A stretch of 51,179 nt of DNA from Succinivibrio sp. (GTDB lineage Bacteria > Pseudomonadota > Gammaproteobacteria > Enterobacterales > Succinivibrionaceae): NCBI GenBank assembly GCA_045634805.1, contig JAZRAY010000121.1, forward strand, positions 1 through 51,179, in the 5' to 3' direction. Below the pieces are notes generated by a model. It worked only from the letters and a program-made list of their open reading frames with translations, was not told the DNA's origin and did no database searches. Shown one piece after another: positions 17,329-25,648 of the stretch. Each line of letters starts with the position of its first letter. The first letter of the stretch is position 1. The position numbers and the translations under genes were made by a program.

Positions 17329-18735
17329 ATGAGTGAACAGAGGAAAGTCACAGTAGTTCTTACCGTGCATGATGTCAAGCTCGGTTATCTTGTTGCGTGT
17401 CTGACTTCATTGGCTTTTCAGAAGTATAAAAATTTTGAAGTTTTGATAATTGATGACTGCAGCAAAACAGATTACTCCTTCCTGAAGAAGCCTTTTAAGC
17501 CTCTCCTCAGTCATCCGGCTCTAAATATTCGCTATGTCAGGAATGAAACTAATCTCGGTCTAAATGCTTCAGTGAATAAAGCTTTCTCTATGATTCAGTC
17601 TGAGTATGTAATCCGTCTTGGCTCAGATGATCTTTTTCATGAGGATATGCTCCTGAAGGAAGTCACTTTCCTTGATAAGAATTCTAATTACATCGCATGC
17701 TGCTGCGGTCTTCAGATGTTCGGTAGGAAGGATAATTACATCCATCGAGACAGAGAATGGACCTTAAACTGTAATCTGAGATTTAAGGCTAATGACTACG
17801 GCTATGGCGGTGGTATGCTATTCCGTTCTTCTGCCTTAGCTTACTGCAGGATTGATTCAAACCTTAAGATGTGTGAAGACTTCGACTTCCATCTCACGTT
17901 ACTAGAACATGGAAAGATTCATGGAATTGATGAGCCTCTGTATCAGTATCGACAGCATGAAAGGAATCACTGCAGAACAATCTCCAATACCGAGAGAAAG
18001 CAGTTCCTGGTATATATCTTCAATAAGCACCATGTGAACGATGATCTGATTTCAATTCTAATGCCGGTCCATAACACGAATCCGATGTTTGTCTCTGACT
18101 GCCTAGAATCACTTAAGAAACAGACCTACAAGAAATTTGAGATTATTTTCTACGATGATGGCTCATCAGTGGATTATAAGCACCTCTCAGCCTATAAGTC
18201 TCTCAGAAAGTATATTCGATACTTCCGAAACGATGTGAAGCAGGGAATCTCCAATACTCTGAATTTAGCATGTGAGAGGGCTCATGGCGAGTATCTGGTC
18301 AGAGTTGATTCTGATGATATCTGTGACAAGGAATTCCTTGAGAGGGAGATTAACTTCCTCAAAGAAAATCAGGATTATATCGGAGTCTGCTGCAATCTTA
18401 AGCAGTTTGGCTTAAATGACGAGATTATCTATCGTCCTTCAGTATTCGATATCAATTCGGTTCATGACCGCAAGAGCGCGCATGGGTATGGTTACGGCTG
18501 CGGAATGATGTTCAGAAGAAAAGCTCTGGAGTCATGTTTCTTTGATCCCGCCTTTGTTGTCTGTGAAGACTTTGATTTTCATCTTCAGCTTCTTAAGGTT
18601 GGAAAAATCAAAGGTCTTGGAGTGCTTTACTACTATCGACAGTATGAGGCCAGCACTATCCATCAGTACAACAACAAGCAGCGCTTTGAGCTGATAAATA
18701 AGATTTTAAAAAAACATAATTTACTTAAGGAGTAG
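17329..18735 (+). CDS. tandem double GT2 (GT-A fold) glycosyltransferase
   Basis: Two repeats, each with DD(C/G)S, RLGSDD/RVDSDD and CEDFDFHL motifs. Confidence 0.9.
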   Translation: MSEQRKVTVVLTVHDVKLGYLVACLTSLAFQKYKNFEVLIIDDCSKTDYSFLKKPFKPLLSHPALNIRYVRNETNLGLNASVNKAFSMIQSEYVIRLGSDDLFHEDMLLKEVTFLDKNSNYIACCCGLQMFGRKDNYIHRDREWTLNCNLRFKANDYGYGGGMLFRSSALAYCRIDSNLKMCEDFDFHLTLLEHGKIHGIDEPLYQYRQHERNHCRTISNTERKQFLVYIFNKHHVNDDLISILMPVHNTNPMFVSDCLESLKKQTYKKFEIIFYDDGSSVDYKHLSAYKSLRKYIRYFRNDVKQGISNTLNLACERAHGEYLVRVDSDDICDKEFLEREINFLKENQDYIGVCCNLKQFGLNDEIIYRPSVFDINSVHDRKSAHGYGYGCGMMFRRKALESCFFDPAFVVCEDFDFHLQLLKVGKIKGLGVLYYYRQYEASTIHQYNNKQRFELINKILKKHNLLKE

Positions 18736-18740
18736 AAAAC

Positions 18741-19256
18741 ATGAACGGAATTAACGAGGTTACTCTATTAGGCAATCTGACCGACGAACCACAGATAAGA
18801 GCTACCTCAAACGGAAAGAAAGTCGCAAGCTTTACCATTGCAACCAATGAATCCCATAAAGACCAGAGTGGTAACTGGGTGAGTGAGGCGGAGTATCACA
18901 GAGTTATTGCATGGGAGGGATTAGCCAATACAGTCGAGAAGTGTCTTCATAAAGGCTCTCCGGTTTTCGTTAAAGGCAAGATTAAGACCAGACAGTATCA
19001 GGGCAAAGATGGTCAGAATCGTTATGTGACCGAGATTCTGATTAACCAGATTGTGCTGATTGGAGATAGACCCAGGCCTCAGCAGGTAAATGGTAATGCA
19101 TATCCACAGAAGGGTAATGTAAAACCAAGCTACAACCGCAGAGCGAATAATGCTCAGTCAGACTTCAGCGGAATTCAGGCCAGGTATGACGAAAACGGGA
19201 GACCTTTGAATCAGAATAACCAGGAAGAACCAATAGACGACGAAGTGCCTTTCTAA
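18741..19256 (+). CDS. ssb: single-stranded DNA-binding protein
   Basis: INEVTLLGNL OB-fold start; acidic DDEVPF tail. Confidence 0.95.
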   Translation: MNGINEVTLLGNLTDEPQIRATSNGKKVASFTIATNESHKDQSGNWVSEAEYHRVIAWEGLANTVEKCLHKGSPVFVKGKIKTRQYQGKDGQNRYVTEILINQIVLIGDRPRPQQVNGNAYPQKGNVKPSYNRRANNAQSDFSGIQARYDENGRPLNQNNQEEPIDDEVPF

Positions 19257-19281
19257 TCTAATTAGACATAATCTCTCACAT

Positions 19282-19316
19282 AAAAAAGCCTGAGTAGGTA
19301 AGACCTCAGGCTTTTT
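19282..19316 (+). terminator. bidirectional intrinsic terminator
   Basis: AAAAAAGCCTGAG-loop-CTCAGGCTTTTT. Confidence 0.8.
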
Positions 19317-19490
19317 GCGTATTAGTGATCAAAAGTTTATTTTATGCAGTTCTTATTTTACACAAAAAATGTGATGAATTCACATGAATGTGACTGCTAT
19401 GCCTTTCTTTAACGTGTTTAACCCCTAAAATTAGAATCAGATAACAAAAAAACAACAAACAATCAAACAAACATTCTATTGGAGGAAAAC

Positions 19491-19922
19491 ATGTCACCGG
19501 TCTTGAATGAGGCTATTCAGAGCTATGACTCGTATTATCCATACGTGATGTCTTGGGGAGCATGGGCGAGACAAAACAAGGAGATTCCGAAAAATTACCG
19601 CTGCAGTCTTGGAAGATTTGTTCCTCCTGAAAGTAAAACCAATCTTTATCCAATCATCACTCAGGAAGTTGCTCAAGAGATAGACAACGCTTTTGCAAAG
19701 TCACGTCATACTCCCAAGAGTGGCAAGATTTCTGATTCAATAGATTTTCAATTAACTCAGTGGATGTTGGTGGCAGGGAATGACTCACTGGATGTTTTCT
19801 GCACTGCAAAATACCTCAAAAGGCTATTCAGAGAGAATAATCTCAAGTTTGACCTCCTGACAATCGAGTGGAAAATTCGTGATATCATTGAGAGGTCGAG
19901 AGGATATCTTCTGGCACTTTAA
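19491..19922 (+). CDS. putative late antiterminator Q
   Basis: SWGAWAR motif, size, and a pR'/tR' pair upstream of the lysis genes; ATG 19491 follows GGAGG. Confidence 0.55.
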   Translation: MSPVLNEAIQSYDSYYPYVMSWGAWARQNKEIPKNYRCSLGRFVPPESKTNLYPIITQEVAQEIDNAFAKSRHTPKSGKISDSIDFQLTQWMLVAGNDSLDVFCTAKYLKRLFRENNLKFDLLTIEWKIRDIIERSRGYLLAL

Positions 19923-20208
19923 ACCACCCTGAAAACACGTATAAAAAAATAAACAAAAATCACGAAGTGGTTAAAAGAGTGGTTAAAACAAGTTGCTTAT
20001 AGAATTAACTTATTGATTTTAAGTGAAATACAACATAAGGAAAGATTATGCAGTAATTTTTCCAAAAACCTCAATAAAAGCCTTTATAAATAAGGCTTTT
20101 TGCTTGTTTTTAAGCGGTTTTTTATCTTATCAAAATTTAATAAAACTTGTCAAAAATCGCTTAAAGTGGTTAAATATAACAAAATAAGTGGTCAAATAAG
20201 TGGTCAAA
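19918..20208. mobile_element. putative intact attP: arm-type repeats and IHF site
   Basis: RAGTGGTYAAA at 19965, 19977, 20164, 20186 and 20198; IHF consensus TAACTTATTGATT at 20006-20018; directly upstream of the integrase. Confidence 0.75.
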
Positions 20209-20219
20209 AAATTTAGTTT

Positions 20220-21428
20220 ATGCAAAACGGTTACAAGAAGGTATCCGACAGGATTCTTCGCACTCTTGTCCCTCCTGAAGGTAGGACATCAATCAACGTC
20301 CCTCTGTCAAAAGGTTTAAGCTTCAAAGCTATCTCTTACGATTACAAGGGTGAAACAAAAGTCACAAGGTCTTATATTTTCCGCTATACGCTCAACGGTA
20401 AGAAGTACAATCAATCTTTAGGCAAGGTTGAGGATTATACCATCGCCGAGGCAAGAGAGATTGCAGAGCGTTGTCAGGAGATTGTCTCAAAGTACAAGGT
20501 CAAACCCTCAGACTACATGCAGATGGAAGAGCTGAATCAGTCAGCTAAGACCCTTGAGGATTTGATTGAGACGTTTTTTGAACATCGGAAAAATCTTGCT
20601 CAGAACACTGTTGAGACATACAGACGCTCTGCCAAGGTTTTAGCTCCGCTATACGGTCAGCCAATCAATGAGCTTAAGGTTGCGGACTTCTCTGAGATTC
20701 TCTTGGAAGTCGGTCATGATAGACCAGGATTATCGAGATATGTCTGTGTGTTTATAAAGACGCTTTTCAATTTTGCTGTTTCAATCGGTCTACTCGAAAG
20801 TCATCCCTTCAACCGCCTAAGAGAGATGCAATACACTCCCAAGCATTTCAAAACAATCCCCATGAAGGACTATCAGACCGAGATAGCAGATGTCTTTGAG
20901 GTATTCGCAGACAAGGATATTCACAGAGTTAAGTCTCTGTTTGTTGCTCTTGGGTTCTTCACACTGCTTCGACCTGCCGAGGTGCAGAGTCTTAGAATCG
21001 AGGACATAAACCTGACTGAGAAATATATCTGGTGCCGTAAGACCAAGACCCTCAAGAATGGATTCAATGTACCTCTGACTGCTCCGCTGATTGCTTTGCT
21101 TGAAGTGATTCGTGACGGCAGAAAAGAGGGAGAATTCTTCCCGACCATTAAAATCAGGACTCTTGCTGTATTTCTCAGGAATCACAAAGTCCCTTTCAAT
21201 CTGCATGGATGGAGAGCTGCAGGAGCGTCATGGATGGTCCGCAATAAGATTTCCCTGCATATCGCTGATGCATGCTTATCCCATAAAATCGGAGATAAGG
21301 TCACTCTAGCCTATGTACGAGGCGATTTACTTGAGGAGCGCAGAGAAGCTATGGAACAGTGGCATCGCTTTTTATGCGGTGTTTTCGCTAACACTAAAAA
21401 CCTAGAATTTTTGTCTAAATATCAGTAA
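20220..21428 (+). CDS. int: tyrosine integrase (P4-like, arm-binding N-terminus)
   Basis: Catalytic R (LLRPAE), HGWR, LSH, Y (LAYVRG), RREAMEQW tail. Confidence 0.93.
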   Translation: MQNGYKKVSDRILRTLVPPEGRTSINVPLSKGLSFKAISYDYKGETKVTRSYIFRYTLNGKKYNQSLGKVEDYTIAEAREIAERCQEIVSKYKVKPSDYMQMEELNQSAKTLEDLIETFFEHRKNLAQNTVETYRRSAKVLAPLYGQPINELKVADFSEILLEVGHDRPGLSRYVCVFIKTLFNFAVSIGLLESHPFNRLREMQYTPKHFKTIPMKDYQTEIADVFEVFADKDIHRVKSLFVALGFFTLLRPAEVQSLRIEDINLTEKYIWCRKTKTLKNGFNVPLTAPLIALLEVIRDGRKEGEFFPTIKIRTLAVFLRNHKVPFNLHGWRAAGASWMVRNKISLHIADACLSHKIGDKVTLAYVRGDLLEERREAMEQWHRFLCGVFANTKNLEFLSKYQ

Positions 21429-21443
21429 GTTATAAAGAAAAAT

Positions 21444-21472
21444 TTGACAAAAAATGTGACCCACCTTATACT
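21444..21472 (+). promoter_or_regulatory. late promoter pR'-like
   Basis: TTGACA-17 bp-TATACT upstream of the lysis genes. Confidence 0.8.
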
Positions 21473-21510
21473 GAATTTAGTAAGATGGACAAATTGTCAA
21501 TATAGAGAAA

Positions 21511-21540
21511 GCCGTGAACCGATGAGGACACGGTTTTTTT
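21511..21540 (+). terminator. tR'-like terminator
   Basis: GCCGTG/CACGGT stem plus U-tract about 35 nt after the promoter. Confidence 0.75.
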
Positions 21541-21666
21541 GTTTCTATAAAAAAATTTCTAGTTGTTGAAAGTGTTCAAACCTTGTATGTAAAACATGAG
21601 ACGTGTCCGCCCCTTCCGGGAATAAATCCCCCTGAAGGGGTTTTCTTTTATGAGGGTGTGTAAAAA

Positions 21667-21981
21667 ATGCTGAAAGAATGGTTCAATGACGGGGGAGGAA
21701 TCTATATGACTATCGGTGGACTGACCTCTTTTGTGATGGCACTTCTCAGAGCCAAACATACCAAAATCGTTGACCGTCTGGGTGAAGCTGCCACATGCGC
21801 TCTACTTTCAACCGGCCTGATTACACTGGCTAATATTTACTATCCCGAGTATCCTCAGTGTTCAATCTTGATTGGAACCTTTGTCGGCTTCCTCGGCTCA
21901 GACTATCTGACTGAAATCATTAAGAACATCATCGGTTTTTTAGTTGATAAGCTTACCAATCGCGGAGGTTCATCAAAATGA
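21667..21981 (+). CDS. holin (lambda S-like)
   Basis: Three hydrophobic segments, IGTFVGFLGSD motif; precedes the lysozyme. Confidence 0.8.
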   Translation: MLKEWFNDGGGIYMTIGGLTSFVMALLRAKHTKIVDRLGEAATCALLSTGLITLANIYYPEYPQCSILIGTFVGFLGSDYLTEIIKNIIGFLVDKLTNRGGSSK

Positions 21982-22427
21982 AAATCAGTGACAACGGCAT
22001 TAACCTCATCAAGCAGTTTGAAGGCTTAAGACTTACTGCATATAAGGCTCATTACTCAGAGAGGCATTTTTCGATTGGTTACGGCCATTTTGGTCCTGAT
22101 GTCAAAGAGGGGGATACTTGCAACGAGCTTTACGCAGAAAACCTCCTGAAGAATGACCTTAAGATTTTTGAAAAGAGAATCAACAAGGGCCTAGAAGAAG
22201 ATCATATCGCTGTAAATCAGAATCAGTACGATGCGCTGATTTCTTTTGCTTACAACGTCGGTTCTGAGAATCTCCTTTCCTCGACCTTATGGCGCAAGCT
22301 TAAATCAGGGGATTATGAGGGTGCAGCCAATCAGCTCCTCCGTTGGAATAAATGCGGAGGTCAGATTCTTCCTGGTCTTGTAAACAGACGCGATAAAGAG
22401 CGCGCTCTGTTCCTTAAAAAGATTTGA
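21978..22427 (+). CDS. endolysin, GH24 lysozyme
   Basis: IKQFEGLRLTAY, IGYGH, NQNQYDALISFAYNVG, GLVNRRDKERALF. Confidence 0.93.
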   Translation: MKISDNGINLIKQFEGLRLTAYKAHYSERHFSIGYGHFGPDVKEGDTCNELYAENLLKNDLKIFEKRINKGLEEDHIAVNQNQYDALISFAYNVGSENLLSSTLWRKLKSGDYEGAANQLLRWNKCGGQILPGLVNRRDKERALFLKKI

Positions 22428-22449
22428 ATATAGTCTAAAAGTGAAAGAA

Positions 22450-22715
22450 TAGCTTTTCTCGGTTTTTCGGCGATTGGCACATCTTATGGCATGTGAAAAA
22501 ACCGAGACCACTTCATCGAAAATCGCAACCCTAAGGGCGCATAGTTCCCTATGTGATTTAAGTATCTTTTGACATCGTTATTGCCGTAACGGTACTGGTA
22601 CCTAAGACCTTATTTCATACGAATAAGCTATGCAGAGACGGCGACCATGTACATATCAGACATGATCCGCCCTCCGTCAGTTTTGTATTCCTGATGTCTC
22701 GACCTGAATACAAAT
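22450..22715 (+). ncRNA. candidate structured non-coding RNA (multiple stems, possible pseudoknot)
   Basis: Dense run of inverted repeats, e.g. 22457-67/22497-507, 22520-27/22552-59, 22637-41/22674-78, 22682-90/22706-14; no convincing ORF. Confidence 0.45.
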
Positions 22716-22719
22716 TATT

Positions 22720-22867
22720 ACCGACATCGGATAACGGGAGTCCATATAAGCGACTGACACATGATTGCTTAACGTTTTTTCTATCTGCAAATAAGAAAAA
22801 AATCTTTTTTGTTACTCAATCGTTATGAACTTATAGAGCGGTGGTTCAACTCCATCTGTCGGTACCA
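22720..22867 (+). tRNA. tRNA-like RNA with a 72-nt insertion in the anticodon arm
   Basis: Acceptor ACCGACA/TGTCGGT + A + CCA; D arm GGAT-AACGGGA-GTCC; anticodon stem ATAAG/CTTAT; T arm GGTGG-TTCAACT-CCATC. Confidence 0.7.
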
Positions 22868-23077
22868 CAACTAAAAAAATAATAAAACAGACATCTGGGA
22901 CGTTATAAAAATGGCTTTCTTAATCGAAAAACTGATCAAGGATTATACGCTTGAGTCTGGCTATAAGAATCACCGTTTCTGCGCTCCTCCTTGCAGTTAT
23001 AGTCGCGATACAAAAATCAACCGTAACAACAGCTCAACAGCACGTGTTGTGCTATGGCATAAGCTATGGAGAGACAA

Positions 23078-23581
23078 ATGCTACCCTTTAAGTCACATCT
23101 GATTGTAGGAGCCGTCTCTCTGATAATCGGTCTTGGTGCCGGTTATTCAATTCGAGACGAGAAAGCTCATATCAAAGATTTAGAAAACATTCAAAGCGCA
23201 TTGGAGCTTGAACGGGATAATTTGATTAAACAGCTTGAGGTCGAACATGAGTACCAGAAGGCAGCGCAAGCAACAGCTGAACAGGCGCAAGCGGATTTGG
23301 AATCGCTTGAAGCAAGCTATGCTGATGCTATCAATGAGCTTAATGATTTGCAGCTGTTCTACAGCACCCAAGATTATCAAGACGAATCAGCACTGTCCGA
23401 CGATTCCGAGTCTACCGGCTCAGTTCCAGAAGAGGGAAGTCAAAGCACTTCAGGCAACGAAAGAGAATTTCAAAAACTATATGAGGAACAGCTCAAAATC
23501 GCAAAAGACTGCGACATCACAACCTCATACTACAACCGAATTTTAGAGCTTTATCAGTCAATCGAGCAGAATCAGCAGTGA
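23078..23581 (+). CDS. inner-membrane spanin (Rz-like)
   Basis: N-terminal TM segment then coiled coil; hosts a nested lipoprotein ORF. Confidence 0.75.
   Translation: MLPFKSHLIVGAVSLIIGLGAGYSIRDEKAHIKDLENIQSALELERDNLIKQLEVEHEYQKAAQATAEQAQADLESLEASYADAINELNDLQLFYSTQDYQDESALSDDSESTGSVPEEGSQSTSGNEREFQKLYEEQLKIAKDCDITTSYYNRILELYQSIEQNQQ
23307..23546 (+). CDS. outer-membrane spanin lipoprotein (Rz1-like), nested in +1 frame
   Basis: Likely TTG start; MKQAMLMLSMSLMICSC lipobox followed by Pro-rich CPTIPSLP. Confidence 0.7.
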   Translation: MKQAMLMLSMSLMICSCSTAPKIIKTNQHCPTIPSLPAQFQKREVKALQATKENFKNYMRNSSKSQKTATSQPHTTTEF

Positions 23582-24297
23582 TACAGAAAAAAATAAGCGT
23601 AATTCTTACACTCTTCAATGTTCCGTCAGAATATGTGAGAGAGTGCTTCAATTCCTTGAAGTGTCAGACTTTCAAGAATTTCAAGATCATTGTGATTGAT
23701 GACTGTTCCGAGATTGATTACTCATGGATTAAGAGTTCAAATCAGTTTCAGGATTTAGAGATTGTCTATATCAGGAACAAAAAGAATTTAGGCTTATGTA
23801 AAACCGTCAACAAGGCTTTTGATCTCGTTGATACTGAATACTGCATCCGCTTAGGTTCGGATGACGTCTTTAACAGCGATCTTCTGCGCAAAGAGGTTGA
23901 ATTCCTTGAGCGTAATAGATTCGCTATTGCGGTATGCTGCGAGTTGCAGAAGTTCGGATGCTCCAATACGCTGATAAAAAGGCCTCTGTTATGGAATCCG
24001 GTTAAAATCAGACTCGCTGAAGAATTTATTCCCCATTATCACGGATGGGGATATGCGGGATCAATGCTTTTCAGAAGCTCCGCTCTTGAGATATGCCGGA
24101 TAAATGAGAATTATCCCATCTGTGAGGATTTTGATTTCCACTTACAGCTTTTAGAGCTTGGAGAGATTCACAGCATCCATGAACCGCTGTACTTATACCG
24201 CTCTCATGGGGATAACTACTGCAAGCAGTTCAAACGGGCAGACAAGAATCAGATTCTAATACAGATTATGAGAGAGCATGGACTTGTACTTGAATGA
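23578..24297 (+). CDS. GT2 glycosyltransferase
   Basis: VIDDCS, RLGSDD, CEDFDFHLQLL; closely resembles domain 1 of 17329..18735. Confidence 0.9.
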   Translation: MIQKKISVILTLFNVPSEYVRECFNSLKCQTFKNFKIIVIDDCSEIDYSWIKSSNQFQDLEIVYIRNKKNLGLCKTVNKAFDLVDTEYCIRLGSDDVFNSDLLRKEVEFLERNRFAIAVCCELQKFGCSNTLIKRPLLWNPVKIRLAEEFIPHYHGWGYAGSMLFRSSALEICRINENYPICEDFDFHLQLLELGEIHSIHEPLYLYRSHGDNYCKQFKRADKNQILIQIMREHGLVLE

Positions 24298-25058
24298 GCG
24301 GTTATGACGTAGTAATTCCGGTTAGGCCGGGGGAGAGAAATGAGGATTTGCGATTCTCTCTGCGCTCATTGGATAAATTTGGATTTAACATACGCAAAGT
24401 CTGGCTAGTTGGGTATCGACCTTCATGGGTCAGAAATGTTGAGATTTTACCCACTAGCCAACACCTCGACAAATGGCTTAACACTCGAAAGAACATTGAA
24501 TCTGCCTGTAGGTGTAAAGAAATTACGGATGATTTTATTCTGATGAATGACGACTTCATCCTTACTCAGCGAACCTCAGACTGGAGACATTTCAACGGCT
24601 ATCACCGAGGCACACTTTTTGAAAAGGAGTGTTTTTATAGCAGATTTCCTGACGGCAATGTCTGGAGAGAAGGATTCCATTTTAACCGTCAGATTCTGAT
24701 TCTTGCAGGATATGGCAAAGGGGAGTTTGAACCGCTCAATTATGAAGTTCACTTTCCAGTTGTCCTTAATCGTGAGAAGCGTTTAACACTGTTTGACCGT
24801 CCTGAATTCAGGAAGTACAAAAACGAATCAGACCCGCTTCTCTTTCAGCGGTCCATATACTTCAACCTTTACCCTCATGAGTTCCAGAGACAAATCTCAG
24901 ACGGTAAGATATTCACTGACGTTAAGAACTTTGACTATTTTAGACAGCACGAAGTTATCTCTGTCGCTGACAATGTAATCGGTGACAGAGATAAAGCCCC
25001 AATACTTCATCAATGGCTTGATGAGAATCTTTCTGAGAAGTCATGCTTTGAAGCCTGA
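24294..25058 (+). CDS. Stealth-family-like (hexose-1-phosphate transferase-like) protein
   Basis: DLRFSLRSLDKF, IRKVWLVG.RPSWV, ITDDFILMNDDFIL resemble Stealth conserved region 2. Confidence 0.7.
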   Translation: MSGYDVVIPVRPGERNEDLRFSLRSLDKFGFNIRKVWLVGYRPSWVRNVEILPTSQHLDKWLNTRKNIESACRCKEITDDFILMNDDFILTQRTSDWRHFNGYHRGTLFEKECFYSRFPDGNVWREGFHFNRQILILAGYGKGEFEPLNYEVHFPVVLNREKRLTLFDRPEFRKYKNESDPLLFQRSIYFNLYPHEFQRQISDGKIFTDVKNFDYFRQHEVISVADNVIGDRDKAPILHQWLDENLSEKSCFEA

Positions 25059-25111
25059 TAAAAATCAATAAAACAAAATACTCTAAATCAATAAAACGGA
25101 CGTTCTTCAAA

Positions 25112-25645
25112 ATGAAATTTGTACAGCATATCGAGATGCGGAGTACGGATTCACTAATCCCTTATGCCCGCAATTCTCGAACCCACAGCAAGGAGCAGGT
25201 CTCACAGATTGCTGCTTCCATTAAAGAGTTTGGATTTAATGCGCCTATAGCGGTTGATTCTGATGGCGGTATCATTGCCGGTCACGGTCGAGTTCTTGCA
25301 GCGCAACAGCTCAAACTTAAGGAAGTTCCGGTTGTTGTCCTAGACCATCTGACTGAGGCTCAGAAGAAAGCTTATATCATTGCTGATAACAAACTGGCCT
25401 TAAATGCTGATTGGGATTATGAACAGCTGAAGATTGAACTTGAAGAATTAAAGGAATCTGATCTCGATTTAAGCCTTATCGGGTTTAATGACAAAGAACT
25501 GACAAACATCTTGAATGCCAATGATTTCAAGCCTTCCGAGCTATCGGGGGGGGTAGAACTAGACACAGAAGATTATAGCGAAGATAAGTTTGAACATAAG
25601 TGTCCTCGTTGCGGAATGTTGTTTAATGACAATGAGGATGACTAG
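25112..25645 (+). CDS. ParB/Srx-like domain protein with C-terminal CxxC (methyltransferase-associated)
   Basis: PYARNSRTH, SIKEFGF..PI, IIAGHGR, IADNKL, HKCPRCG; G8 tract at 25546-25553. Confidence 0.85.
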   Translation: MKFVQHIEMRSTDSLIPYARNSRTHSKEQVSQIAASIKEFGFNAPIAVDSDGGIIAGHGRVLAAQQLKLKEVPVVVLDHLTEAQKKAYIIADNKLALNADWDYEQLKIELEELKESDLDLSLIGFNDKELTNILNANDFKPSELSGGVELDTEDYSEDKFEHKCPRCGMLFNDNEDD

Positions 25646-25648
25646 CTT

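Noticed and set aside
19366-19386. CRP site upstream of Q
   Set aside because: TGTGA and TCACA are separated by 5 nt rather than 6; it may be another operator but this is unsupported.
22720-22867. tmRNA
   Set aside because: No Ala acceptor with G3-U70, a paired D stem is present, too short, and no convincing tag ORF.
22911-23102. 63-aa ORF before the spanin
   Set aside because: Weak SD, overlaps the spanin start and has no recognisable features; more likely part of the non-coding block.
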